A stretch of 64,000 bases of DNA from Octopus sinensis. Its lineage: Eukaryota. Below the pieces are notes generated by a model. It searched no databases and was not told the DNA's origin. It saw nothing but the letters and a program-made list of their open reading frames with translations. The stretch lies in the NCBI RefSeq assembly GCF_006345805.1, contig NC_043014.1, positions 43,710,001 through 43,774,000 on the forward strand, read 5' to 3'. This document shows positions 12,961-25,186 of this stretch, in pieces (positions within the stretch are counted from its first letter, which is position 1; each line of letters starts with the position of its first letter). Position numbers and translations under genes: made by a program.

Positions 12961-14262
12961 ACCCACTGGTGATTCTCTCATTACTATTAGAACCAACCAC
13001 TATGCAAGCATCATCATCATCATCATCACCAAAGTTACCATCAATGCTATCCCTATCATCAGCACCATAGTCTTGAACTTCATTCGCTGTGGTTACCGAA
13101 ACGAATTGTTGTCAGCGTTGCTACCACCACTGCTACAACCATCGTAAACACCATTATAACAGCTGCTACTATGAACACAACCACCACAACCAATATCACA
13201 GTCGTAAACACATATCTCTGCCACCACCACCATCACCATCACCACAACCATTACTACTGCTACCACCACCACCTCCATCATCATCATCAACAACAACACC
13301 TGCATATAACCTATGAAAATTGTAAATAACAATTGTTGGAGATGTACTGCTGTGCTTTAAAACACGAAGAAGAGTTCAGGTGCGTTGTATAGTAAGGTCA
13401 ATAGCAGGGGTCAGCTCCAAATATGTCTTCTTAGCTGATGGCACTTAAACTTTTCTTGAAGTCTTCTTACTAAGATTCTGGAAAAGTTTCCAATAAAACT
13501 TTCGGTCTTTTTCTCCAGTGGATACTGAAGAGAGAAATATCACGCTCGCAGCCATCAGGGCTGAAATACTTCTTTCCGTGATCCACAGCATGAAAAGCCA
13601 AAGTTTAGTTCCGAACTGCAATCTCGCAGCCAAAACCTCTCCCACCTTCCCCCTCTCCTTTTTTCCCTTCCTTCCTTCCTTCCTTCCTTCCTTCCTTTCT
13701 CTCCTCTCCCTCTCCCTTTCTCTCTCATTCTGCACACATTCCCTCTTATACAGTGCGTGTATTAATATAAATATAAAATCACCATCATTTTTACTTCCAC
13801 TTTCCATGCTGGCATGGGTTAGATTGGAACCAACACATGCCCCATCTAACCTGTGGAATTGTAGAAATACATATAAAATATATGAAATATGGCTTTGTTA
13901 GTACAAATTTTTTTAAAAATAGAGCTTAAGACATAAATATGCCTTCTTTCCTGAGCGTCCAATAATACCTTATTTGTTCCACGTCCTCGCGTTGTTGTGT
14001 TTTTTTGTTTTTTTTTTGTGTTTTCTTGTTTGGATTAACTATATATATATATATAGATAGATAGATAGATATAGGGTGAAATATAATTAATTTAATAAAA
14101 TCAACAAATTTCACTTAGTAGTATTTCGGTATGGAAAAGGACCATATTCAGTAAAAATTTATATAATTATAATAATAAGGGTTTTTTGCGACAAGTTGCT
14201 TAAACCACATACCGAAAATATTATAATATATATATATATATGCATATTCATGTCTTAACTTA

Positions 14263-14460
14263 TTACGGAGATGTACTTGCAAAGCAAGTGACCTGATCTG
14301 AGATCGTGTGCTGGAACTAAAATAATTGCAGCATGGAAGCCATGTAAGAAACACACAAAAACCGTTAGATTCACTTCAACATTTAAATTTAATTTATGAA
14401 TCTAACGGTTTTTGTGTGTTTCTTAAATGGCTTATAAACACCTTCCATGCTGGAATTGTT
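14263..14460 (-). mobile_element. Family B element, 5'-truncated, with inverted arm
   Basis: 14263-14395 is the minus-strand 3' part of family B, and 14397-14460 is an inverted duplicate of its interior. Confidence 0.8.
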
Positions 14461-14526
14461 TGATAAGGTTAAGTGTTTTCTTCAAACTTTCATTTCGCAT
14501 TTCATAAAAATATTCAAACAGTGAAT

Positions 14527-14815
14527 AGGCGCAGGAGTGACTGTGTGGTAAGTAGCTTGTTTACCAACCACATGGTTCCGGGTTCAGTCCCACTGCGTGG
14601 CACCTTGGGCAAGTGTCTTCTACTATAGCCTCGGGCCGACCAAAGTCTTGTGAGTGGATTTGGTAGACGGAAACTGAAAAGAAGCCCGTCGTATATATGT
14701 ATATATATATATATATATGTGTTTGTGTGTCTGTGTTTGTCCCCCTAGCATTGCTTCACAACCGATGCTGGTGTGTTTATGTCCCCATTATGACTGAAAC
14801 AAGTAAAAGAGTAAA
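14527..14815 (+). mobile_element. S1 SINE with internal 3' deletion
   Basis: Jumps from ATGTCCCCATTA to TGACTGAAACAAG. Confidence 0.88.
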
Positions 14816-15060
14816 GATTAAGAGAGTGAATATTTCAAAAGAAAAGCAGGCTTAGTTTGCTAATTAATGCTCAGAAACAATGTAACTCCGAGTACTGGAA
14901 ATCAGGACCTTTCAGTTATAATGTATTGAGGAATACTCTTCGTTTGTAGTGAGTCTTGTCATTTATATGTGTGTGTGTGTGTGGCGAACAAAAGTGTGGA
15001 ATTGAGAGAAAGTGTTTGAAGGGGCCAGGATAATGCATGCAAGACTCAAAAGAGATTTAA

Positions 15061-15284
15061 CCCTTTAGTATTCAAACTGGTCATATCTGGCCAAAATATT
15101 TAACCTGTTTTATATTGAGACTGACCAGATCTGTCCTCTCACCTCAGCCCTACAATGTCATTCTAAAACTAAAAAAACTACACATCTCTGAAATCTCCAA
15201 ACTACAAGATAATGCAATGATTAATTCAAACCATTTTGAATAAACAAACATCATATTTGACAGAATAATCTGAACACTAAAGGG
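15061..15284. mobile_element. piggyBac-type MITE B
   Basis: TTAA|CCCTTTAGTATTC...GAACACTAAAGGG|TTAA. Confidence 0.82.
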
Positions 15285-15469
15285 TTAATGTTATGGTCAA
15301 GAAGGTGAACCACAATGACCTTTTTGTGTGCACAGTTTGTAAGAGACCATGCCTTGTTTTTTTTTTTTTTGCTGGGCTTAAATCTCATTTGTGAACCCAT
15401 GGAAAACGAACCTCCACCAACTACTCTACCTATATGCCTGTGCTCACCTTTGGATGCAGTGTATGCACT

Positions 15470-15753
15470 AGGCACAGGTGTGATATGCTTCCCAACCTTG
15501 CTTTCCAACCATGTGGAACCCATTGGAGTCCCACCACATTGCACCTTGGGCAAGTGTCTTCTACTATGGCCTCGAGCTGATCAAAGCCTTGTGAGTGGAT
15601 TTGGTAGAAGGAAACTGAAAGAAGCTTGTTATGTGTGTGTTTGTGTATGTTTGTCCCTCACCACTGCTTGGTAACCAGTGTTGGTTTGTTTACATTCCCT
15701 AAATTAGCAGTTTGGCAAAAGAGATTGATAAAATAAGACTTTAAAAAAATATG

Positions 15754-15784
<31 letters not shown>

Positions 15785-15870
15785 GTACTGGGATCAATTC
15801 ATTCAACTAAAAGTGTCTGCAAGGTGGTGCCCCAGCATGGCCGCAGTCCAATGACTGAAACAAGTAAAAT
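15470..15870 (+). mobile_element. S1 SINE, diverged
   Basis: Core and tail are recognisable. Confidence 0.78.
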
Positions 15871-17272
15871 TTCAATAGCTAGGGGAACATGCAAAACCCA
15901 GTGAATCACAGAGAATTAACCTAAAATGAAAATCCTATGCAGGATATTTTCTGTATTATGTTATCGTTTTATTGATTTTTGAAGTATTGCACTTATTTCA
16001 CATCACAGATGTGCAGTGTTTTGTGCAAGTGCAAATAAACGTGCATTGCACATAATAAACATCTGCACAGTCACAAGGGAAGAAAATCTTTGTCAAATTC
16101 AGGTCAAGGATACGGTATATTATTGATTCTTCTGTTAAATTTTTTTTTTGTGTTTTTTTATTTTTTGAAGCAGTGCCTGTTAGCTCAGCCAAAGCATTTT
16201 AGTGGTGGTGGTGGCGGTGGTGATGATGACGACGATGACGAAGAAGTTATCTGCATTTATTCAGCTTCTAATGATGATTGCACTCTGCTGACATCTGACA
16301 CGATTACTGGAAACGATATAATGACGTAACCCTAACTCCTGGAAGACCTGTCAGAAAATTTTAGATCTCATCAAAATAAAGTCGATCCATCCCATTAACG
16401 ATATTGCCGTCGTTACTGAGCGAGCAAGATGAGTTTTCTCTCGTATACACTGCAATCAGAAATATTTCGTTATTTAAGAAAGTGTAATGATGTAAAAACC
16501 GCCTCAGACATATTGCACTTAGGAAATGGTAGGGCCAAGTGTTGTTGTGGTTTTGGTTTCTTCTGCTTGTTGTTGTTGGTGTCTGAGAGCGATTTGGTTG
16601 GTTTTGGTTGATATCGATTACGAAACCTTGGCACAAGGCCAAACATTTGCAGAGTATGTATGAGTGTGTGTGTGTGTGTGTGTGTGTGCATGCATGTGTG
16701 CATGTGTTAGTGGCAGTATGTGTTTACAATTGATTAAATCAACTCCATTACTTGTCGCGTACTTTATTTTATCGACCCCAGAAAGAGGAAAGACAGAAAC
16801 CAATTTTGGCAAGATTTGAACTCAGAATGCGAAGGGCTGTTGCTAAATACTGCAAAATATTTTCTCCTTCGCTCTGGGTTTTTTTCCCCTTTTATGTCAC
16901 TCTTCATATTGAGGAACCCTCAGTTTTTTTTCTTTCTACTTGATCATGGCATTATGCAGTTGATCAAATACTTTTTATAATACACATATACTGTGGTAGA
17001 CATACAAGTATGAGATATTAGGTATGATGGTTTCGTTGTTTGATTAGTGATTTGGCCATGACCGCTTCATCTTTGCGAATGACTTGTACAATCCTTAAAT
17101 CAAATCTTGCTATTGTCAACTTAGCCATCTACCCTTCAGGGAAGGGATTCGAATAAACAATCAGACAAATACATGGAATAAACTAAATAACTATCGTCAC
17201 CATTCATTTTTCCCTTCTATCTCCACCTGCAACAGAATGCATGCTAATATGAGAAAGTTACCTCTATAGTAT

Positions 17273-17505
17273 TTGTTTCTTTACTACCCACAAGGGTCTA
17301 AACATAAAAGGGACAAACAAGGACAGACAAATGGATTAAGATGCTTACATCAACCCCAGTGCGTAACTGGTACTTAATTTATCGACCCCGAAAGGATGAA
17401 AGGCAAAGTCGACTTCGGCGGAATTTGAACTCTGAATGTAGCGGCAGACGAAATACGGCTACGCATTTTGTCCGGCGTACTAACATTTCTGCCAGCTCGC
17501 CGTCC
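17273..17505 (-). mobile_element. S2 tRNA-derived SINE, monomer
   Basis: Reverse complement of GGCGAGCTGGCAGAAA..GAGTTCAAATTCCGCCGAAGTCGACTTTGCCTTTCATCCTTTCGGGGTCGATAAATTAAGTACC..TAAAGAAA. The central motif resembles the Nin/Deu-type conserved SINE domain (from recall). Confidence 0.85.
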
Positions 17506-18361
17506 ATATGAGGATGTTGCCTCTATAGTATTAACCTACGCTATTGGGCATGCCCCATATCAGTTTTATCGTCTATATTCTTCTATGTTGGCTTGTTGAA
17601 AGAGGGCATTAATTTTGGAGTTTTCCTTCACTTAAATTGATTGCTTTCACCACAGCTAAGGAACTCAATCTGTCCTTACAAAAATCTATACCATCTATTG
17701 CGGGGACCTTGGCAGATACAACTGTTCCGGTTCAGAACAGACCTGAGGGTAATGAGAATTAAAGGGTGACCTTATACCCCCTGCAAATCCAGAACTCTGA
17801 AACTGGACCCTTACTACCAGATGCAGTTAGTTAAATGGTGTACATAGAACTAATCAACTATAATTTATTATTCAAGCCCTCTCCACTCCAAATAATAAAT
17901 TGTAGTTTCTGTAACAATGTTCAAAAATCAGTTTTTAATCCTTAAAGTTCTGTACAGGATATCCACAGTGGTTGCCTATTCTTCAACTGCATGAAATCAC
18001 AGTTCAAATAATGTTGTTGGTGGTGGTGGTGTTGTTGTTTGGAGGTCAGAACCTGATGCTAAGAACTCTTCCATACTAGAAACAAAGTTTAGTCTTTTTT
18101 TAGACAGAACTTCTTATCAAAAGACTTCTTGTTCACCCCATATTTTTTTGTAATCGGTTTCAGCTCAAAGCTGTGGCCATGCTGGGGCACCATCGTTATA
18201 TGTTTATTTTTTGCATTTTATCAAGTACGTACTCTGATTTTTCTTGTTTTTTTAAAAATTTAATTATCAAGCTCAATAGTAGTAAATGTCTCAAGTGGTA
18301 AGTTAAAAATTGGGTGATTTTGCATATTAATCATTTATTTATTTATCTTTTTCGCTTTTGG

Positions 18362-19290
18362 ATTTGGTTTGCAAGATTCTTTATATGAGTTTGTGTGTTG
18401 AAGCAATTTTGTTGTGTCTGGGGAGAGTCATTTTCTTTTTGTGCCTTATAATTTAATACACTCACCGGTGAAATTTCCATTTATTTCTTATTTATATTTT
18501 CCTAAAATTTTCGTTGCATCTTGCAACCTTTTCAATAGTCAAAACTATTGAAAAGATTGCAAGACACAATGAAAATTTTTGGAAATTAAAAATAAGAAAT
18601 AAGTGGAAATTTAACCGGTGAGTGTGTTAAATTATAAGGCACAAAAATAGTCAAGACTATTGAAAAGGGTTTCAAGATGCAACGAAAATTTTAGGAAAAT
18701 AAAAATAAGAAATAAGTGGAAATTTAACCGGTGAGTGTGTGTTAAATTATAAGGCACAAAAATAGTCAAGACTATTGAAAAGGGTTTCAAGATGCAACGA
18801 AAATTTTAGGAAAATAAAAATAAGAAATAAGTGGAATTTAACCGGTGAGTGTGTTAAATTATAAGGCACAAAAATAGTCAAGACTGTTGAAAAGGGTTTC
18901 AAGATGCAACGAAAATTTTAGGAAAATAAAAATAAGAACTAAGTGGAAATTTAACCGGTGAGGGTGAGTGTGTTAAATTATAGGCACAAAAATAGTCAAA
19001 ACTATTGAAAAGGGTTTCAAGATGCAACGAAAATTTTAGGAAAATAAAAATAAGAAATAAGTGGAAATTTAACCGGTGAGTGTGTTAAATTATAAGGCAC
19101 AAAAATAGTCAAGACTATTGAAAAGGGTTTCAAGATGCAACGAAAATTTTAGGAAAATAAAAATAAGAAATAAGTGGAAATTTAACCGGTGAGTGTGTTA
19201 AATTATAAGGCACAAAAATAGTCAAGACTATTGAAAAGGGTTTCAAGATGCAACGAAAATTTTAGGAAAATAAAAATAAGAAATAAGTGT
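18362..19290. mobile_element. Fold-back hammerhead-bearing element (probable Penelope-like pLTR) with a tandem array of ~113-bp monomers
   Basis: One minus-strand copy (18362-18540) is joined head-to-head through the hairpin AATAGTC-AA-(G/A)ACTATT to ~6.6 plus-strand monomers starting near 18543, 18655, 18770, 18882, 19000, 19113 and 19226. Confidence 0.85.
18502..18538 (-). ncRNA. Minimal type-I hammerhead ribozyme, U3-A8 core variant (family A, best-paired copy)
   Basis: Minus strand reads CTA-TTGAAAA-G-GTTGC-AAGAT-GCAAC-GAA-AATT-T-TAG. This parses as stem I CTA/TAG, core N3UGANN8A with U3-A8, one extra G, a 5-bp stem II, GAA, palindromic stem III AATT and U17. Folded by hand. Confidence 0.65.
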
Positions 19291-19605
19291 TCATCTATTT
19301 GTTTATTAATTAATGATTTATATTAAATAAATAACATGAGAAATCAGTAACCAAGAATCAATATCTTGTAAATGCATGTGGGAATACGTTTAATCAATTT
19401 CATGTATTCACTCCACCATGGTAGGTGATGGTGACCTGACAATAAGTAAAAGAAACTACATTCACAATGAACACTGATGATTGTTAAATGTCACGAGAAT
19501 CATTAGCATGTCTGGTAAATTGCTTCATAGCCTTTCTTCTGGCTCTTTATATCCTCGGTTCAAATCATACCAAAGTCAGCTTTGCCTTTCATTTTTTTTT
19601 TTCAG

Positions 19606-19773
19606 TGTCGAGTGGCTGTGTGGTAAGTAGCTTGCTAACCAACCACATGGTTCCGGGTTCAGTCCCACTGCGTGGCATCTTGGGCAAGTGTCTTCTGCTA
19701 TAGCCCCGGGCCGACCAATGCCTTGTGAGTGAATTTGGTAGACGGAAACTGAAAGAAGCCTGTCGTATATATG

Positions 19774-19804
<31 letters not shown>

Positions 19805-20000
19805 CTGTGTTTGTCCCCCTAGCATTGCTTGACAACCGATGCTGGTGTGTTTATGTCCCCGTTACTTAGCGGTTCGGCAAAAGAGACCAATAGAATAAGT
19901 ACTGGGCTTACAAAGAATAAGTCCCGGGGTCGAGTTGCTCGATTAAAGGCGGTGCTCCAGCATGGCCACAGTCAAATGACTGAAACAAGTAAGAGATTAA
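19606..20000 (+). mobile_element. S1 SINE
   Basis: Near full length. Confidence 0.9.
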
Positions 20001-20092
20001 AAAAAGAGAGTACAATAAAGTGCTAGCCAATCACTGAGATCAATATTATTGACAGACCCCACCATTCTCCAAATTTCAGACCTTGTGCCTAT

Positions 20093-20460
20093 ATATTTCT
20101 TTATTGCCCACAAGGGGCTAAACACAGAGGGGACAAACAAGGACAGACAAAGGAAACAAGTCGATTACATCGACTCCAGTGCGTAACTGGTACTTTATTT
20201 AATCGACCCCGAAAGGATGAAAGGCAAAGCCGACCTCGGCGGAATTTGAACTCAGAACGTAATGGCAGATGAAATACCTATTTCTTTACTACCCACAAGG
20301 GGCTAAAAAACACAGAGGGGACAAACAAGGACAGACAAATGGATTAAGCCGATTATATCGACCCCAGTGTGTAACTGGTATTTATTTAATCGACCTCCAA
20401 AAGGATGAAAGGCAAAGTCGACCTCGGCAGAATTTGAACTCAGTACGTAATGACAGACGA
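20093..20460 (-). mobile_element. S2 SINE dimer
   Basis: Two units joined at AAAGAAATAG|GTATTTC on the minus strand. Confidence 0.88.
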
Positions 20461-20584
20461 GAAACGATTATATCATACAAGAAAATTTCAGCCAAATTCA
20501 TGCAACATGCAGTTATGCTATTATGGTAGTTACTCTTCACTAACAGCATTTCAAGATTTCTAGTTTCTTACTTGGAGAGGTTTA

Positions 20585-21003
20585 TGTCCTTGTTTGTCCT
20601 CTCTGTGTTTGGCCCCTTGTGGGCAGTAAAGAAATAGGTATTTCGTCTGCCCCTACATTCTGAGTTCAAATTCCACCGAGGTCAACTTTGCTTTCATCCT
20701 TTCAGAGGTTGATTAAATAAGTACCAGTTACTCACTGGGGTCGATATTATCGACTTAATCCGTTTGTCTGTCCTTGTTTGTCCCCTCTATGTGTAGCCCC
20801 TTGTGGGTACTAAAGAAATAGGTATTTCGTATGCCTCTATGTTCTGAGTTCTAAGTCCACCAAGGTCAACTTTGCTTTCATCCTTTCGGAGGTCAATTAA
20901 ATAAGTACCAGTTACGCACTGGGGTCGATATAATCGACATAATCTGTTTGTCTGTCCTTGTTTGTCCCCTCTATGTGTTGCCCCTTGTGGGCAGTAAAAG
21001 AAT
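20585..21003 (+). mobile_element. S2 SINE multimer (partial + 2 units)
   Basis: Junction AAAGAAATAG|GTATTTCG near 20637 and 20821. Confidence 0.88.
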
Positions 21004-21952
21004 TAAAAAATATCAAAATTTCGTACATATACTCTACTATCTATTTAACAAAAAAAAAAAAGGGAAGGCATTTGGTAAATTAGCCTTAGTGACTGGAATG
21101 TCTTTGATTGTAGGTCTTTTAGATCAAGCTGGGTAGATCAAGAGAGTGGGGAGATGTTTGTCCAAACGTCATCAGCACAAGCCTGACATTTGTGATGTGG
21201 ATTAGCTGATATAAGTTGGATGCTATACGGTGGAACAATTGAAGTTTGCTATACAAGAATTTACTTTTAGTTGAATAATAATTTTCAGGCCTATAATGGC
21301 ATTTTACTAATTCTATTACTTGTGTTCTAACCATAAATTACATGAAATGCCATATAGCACAAGAGCAATGTAGCTGAATGTAAAAGCGTATTTATATGTT
21401 TAAAACATATCTGCAGTCTTTCTCATGCCCATTCTCACAATTTGAATTGGTTATTATTTAAATTTTTATTATTTCTGTGCTGGCAAACCATGTTATAATC
21501 TGCCATTAAGTGTTCTATGTTATATCCAATAAGCTGGTATAGACTACATTCCGACCTGATGAGAAACTAACAAATATCAAAACCAAACACCTGACTGCCA
21601 ACCATATGATTCAATCTCCAGGTGTGGCTGTGTAGTTAAGAAGTTTGCTTCTCAACAGCATGATTTCAGGTTCAGTCCTGCTGTCTGGCACCATAGGCAT
21701 GTCTTCTACTATAGCCTTCGATTCAAAGACTTGTGAGTGAATTTGGTAGATGGAAACTGAAAGAGGCCTGTGGCGAAGCCTGTTGTGTTGAGTGTGTCTT
21801 TGTGTCTGTATCTTCCTATTTGATCTTGTCAATGATGGACACTTGACCGCTAGAAGCAGTAGCGTTTCATCTCCCCACCAGGGATATATAGATTGACAGT
21901 TGCCAGAACAGGCGCTAGTGTCACGATTAGCCAGTTAGCTTGTTGCATATAT

Positions 21953-22190
21953 ATATCATCATCATCGTTTAACATGCATTTTCCATGCTAGCATGGGTTG
22001 GACGGTTCAACTGGGGTCTGGGAAGCCAGAAGGCTGTGCCAGGCCCAGTCTGATCTGGCAGTGTTTCTACAGCTGGCTGCCCTTCCTAATGCCAACCACT
22101 CCGTGAGTGCAGTGGGTGCTTTTTACATGCCACCTGCACAGGTGCCAGACGAGGCTGGCAAATGGCCACAGTCGGATGGTGCTTTTTACA
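21953..22190 (-). mobile_element. RTE-like 3' end / SINE with (TGA)n tail
   Basis: CATCATCATCGTTTAAC..CAGCTGGCTGCCCTTCCTAATGCCAACC on the plus strand; homologous to 23560 and 26605. Confidence 0.75.
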
Positions 22191-23151
22191 TATATATATA
22201 TATATTTATTTATTAGTGACAAAGTTAGTATTAATATCAAGAGGTAATATTTATTCCCACTTAAATGTAGATGTTCTGTTAGTGTTGTGGGGAGAAATTT
22301 GGGCTGGTCCACTACCAATAGTGTTCTGACACAGTCAGTATTGTCAGTTAGCGAGCTATGCTGTTGAGCCAGTCCTGCCAAGACGAAATACATCGTCATA
22401 ATGCAGGACATAACCGTTAGAACAAATTTTTCTGATAAAGTTACCATGAAAGAAAGTCATATTGGCTTTTTGGTATAAAATGCACTCTTTCTTTCTTTCT
22501 CTCTCTCTCTCTCTCTCTTTTCTCTTTCTCTCCTTTTCTGTCTATCACTTTCTCCCCCCCTCTCTCTCTCTCTGCTTGATTGATTGAACACAAGTTCCCT
22601 TCTACTTTGCAGTCATATGGTCTGAAGTAAGTCTATAAAAACCCTAGTTTGTTCTTGTTCCCATTCCTTCTTCTCAAAAAGCAAAGAAATTTTTTTAAAA
22701 ATACCATCTTGTTAATGGATGGCAAAACAAACATAAGTTGGGGACATGAGAAATTTGAAATAAAAATACCCGTTTTAACCATTTTTTAAGCCGTATTTTT
22801 GTTGTAAGACACTGCTTTCATTAAAAATAATGAAGAATTTATCAGTTCAGCAAAATCAACCTTGGCAGAATTTGAACTCAGAATGTAGTGGCAGATGAAA
22901 TACTGCTAAGCATTTCGCCCGGTGTGCTAACATTTCTGCCAGCTTGCTGCCTTTGACTTTGGTTTCTGACACCTCAGTGTGGCACAGTGGGCAAGTGGTT
23001 AAATTTATTGTTCTCAGACTGACCAAAATGTAATGAAATTTGCTAAACAATAACAGTATAGGAGAGACCAGACCATTTTGGGCTTTTTTTTTTTTTGTTA
23101 TTTGACAAACTTAATCTTTTGCCTGCTTCAACTTCAGCACCTGGCTTTTAA

Positions 23152-23371
23152 CCTTTTAGTGTTTAAACCGGCCATATCAGGCCAAAATTGTCTTCCTGCT
23201 ATATGCTCAAACCAGCCAGCTCTGATCTCTCACACCTAGCCTACAAAGTCATTCTAAAAGTAAACAGGGACATCATCAAAATCTCAGAGTCACAAGATGC
23301 TGTACAATTAATTTAAAACAATGTGATTAAACAGGCTTTACATTTGACAGAGAAACCTGAATACCAAAGGG
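23152..23371. mobile_element. piggyBac-type MITE B (other copies at 12194-12397, 31762-32375 split, 7188-7332, 6641-6700, 420-590)
   Basis: TTAA-flanked, with the same internal sequence as 15061. Confidence 0.82.
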
Positions 23372-23559
23372 TTAAAGGCCTTTAGCCAATTCCATTCTCC
23401 TGCTGGCATTAGGGACAGGTCTGTGTATAACTTTCCTCCATTCCTATATAAACCCGAAAGGCCATGATTTTCTGCTCATTCTCTTCAGACTACATCATAT
23501 ATTAAAATAATGAAATATATAGCACAGGAATTAACAGGAAAAAAAATATATATATATTA

Positions 23560-23862
23560 AAAAGCACTATCCGACTCGTGGCCGATGCCAGCACCGCCTC
23601 GACTGGCTTCCGTGCCGGTGGCACATAAAATACACCAATCTGACCGTGGCCGTTGCCAGCCCCGCCTGGCACCTGTGCAGGTGGCACGTAAAAAGCACCC
23701 ACTACACTCACGGAGTGGTTGGCGTTAGGAAGGGCATCCAGCTGTAGAAACATTGCCAAATTAGACTGGAGCCTGGTGCAGCCTTCTGGCTTCCCAGAAC
23801 CCCGGTCGAACCGTCCAACCCATGCTAGCATGGAGAACGGACGTTAAACGACGATGATGATG
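23560..23862 (+). mobile_element. RTE-like 3' end / SINE with (GAT)n tail
   Basis: GGTTGGCGTTAGGAAGGGCATCCAGCTG..GGACGTTAAACGACGATGATGATG. Confidence 0.78.
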
Positions 23863-23995
23863 AAAACGAACTCTATAGAATAACACTCCTGGCAGATGTT
23901 CCATTCTTGGATGAGACAATACCAATTTTGATCAGATAATGAAATGATTGATAACATCATTGATCAGTAATCAGTGATAGGGGGGAAAAAAAAAA

Positions 23996-24027
<32 letters not shown>

Positions 24028-24170
24028 GGTTTTCTTTTCATTTAGATAAAGCACCACATCGATTTACTTCTTTAGTTGCCAATCATCACATATCTACCAG
24101 CACCGTACCAAACCCTATCTCACAGCTTCGAAAAGCATGAGCAGTAGCAGCAGCACAGCATTAACAGCAA

Positions 24171-24202
<32 letters not shown>

Positions 24203-25014
24203 TCTGTTTTGTGCTTTCCTCTTTGCTGGACAGTTTATATTGGCTCGGATGAGGATGAGGAGGAGGAGCCAGGGCAGGGGGATAGGGGGAAATGGTGTTT
24301 CCACCATTTCTGTCATTTGCATATTTATGAAACGATTTTTATTCCCCGCCCTCCGCCGCCACTTTGCGTTTGTCTTTTTTTCTTTTTTTTTTCTTTCTTT
24401 TTTTTTTTTTTTTTTTTTTGCAATGTGTAATCTTCATCCTTCCCATCATCACCACCACCACAACCACCGCCACCACTACCACCACCAGGACTAATTCAAA
24501 TTAAGATTTGCTTTATCCAAAATTGTGCTCTCTAGCGTTCTTGTTGTTGTCGGTTCCATTGTATATTGCAAGAAGGTCAGAAGCGCTTCTTATTTAAAAG
24601 AGCCAATTAACCTGTTTCACGTCTCAAATTGAGGCCACAGCATCATTGGTGCTGTTGTTATTGACGTTAGCCTTGTTGTTGTTGCCGCTTCTGTTATTGT
24701 TGTTTTCGTTGTTGTTGTAATTATTTCTGCTTCTTACCGCATGGGTGAACCACTGGATTCATTCCCCCATAGTCATTCGTATATAATAATTATATATCCA
24801 TTAATTCCATTGCTGTAGTAAATAACGTGCCGTTCTGAACCATTTTTGCGTCTTATATTTCCGCATGTGTGCATGCATGTGTTGGTGCACATGTGCATTG
24901 TATATATATTGGTATGTGCGTGTGTATGTGTGTGTGTGCTTGTGCATGTGTGTGTGTTTTCCTCCTTCCTAATTTGGTTCTTAACATTGCTATAGTACAC
25001 ATGTTGGTTCTGTG

Positions 25015-25039
25015 TGAGTGTGTATGTATGTATGTATAC

Positions 25040-25083
<44 letters not shown>

Positions 25084-25088
25084 GTATA

Positions 25089-25127
<39 letters not shown>

Positions 25128-25134
25128 TATATAC

Positions 25135-25186
<52 letters not shown>

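Noticed and set aside
21555-21572. CTGATGAGAAAC hammerhead-like string
   Set aside because: No stem II between the core and GAAA, and no stem I pairing.
24046-24140. Terminal exon candidate KAPHRFTSLVANHHISTSTVPNPISQLRKA*
   Set aside because: The acceptor depends on a poly-T tract, there is no linked upstream exon, and no homology was recognised.
24625-24810. Minus-strand Asn-rich frame and MNPVVHPC|GTAAG exon
   Set aside because: All three frames close after the only good acceptor, and the Asn run is a degenerate (AAC)n.
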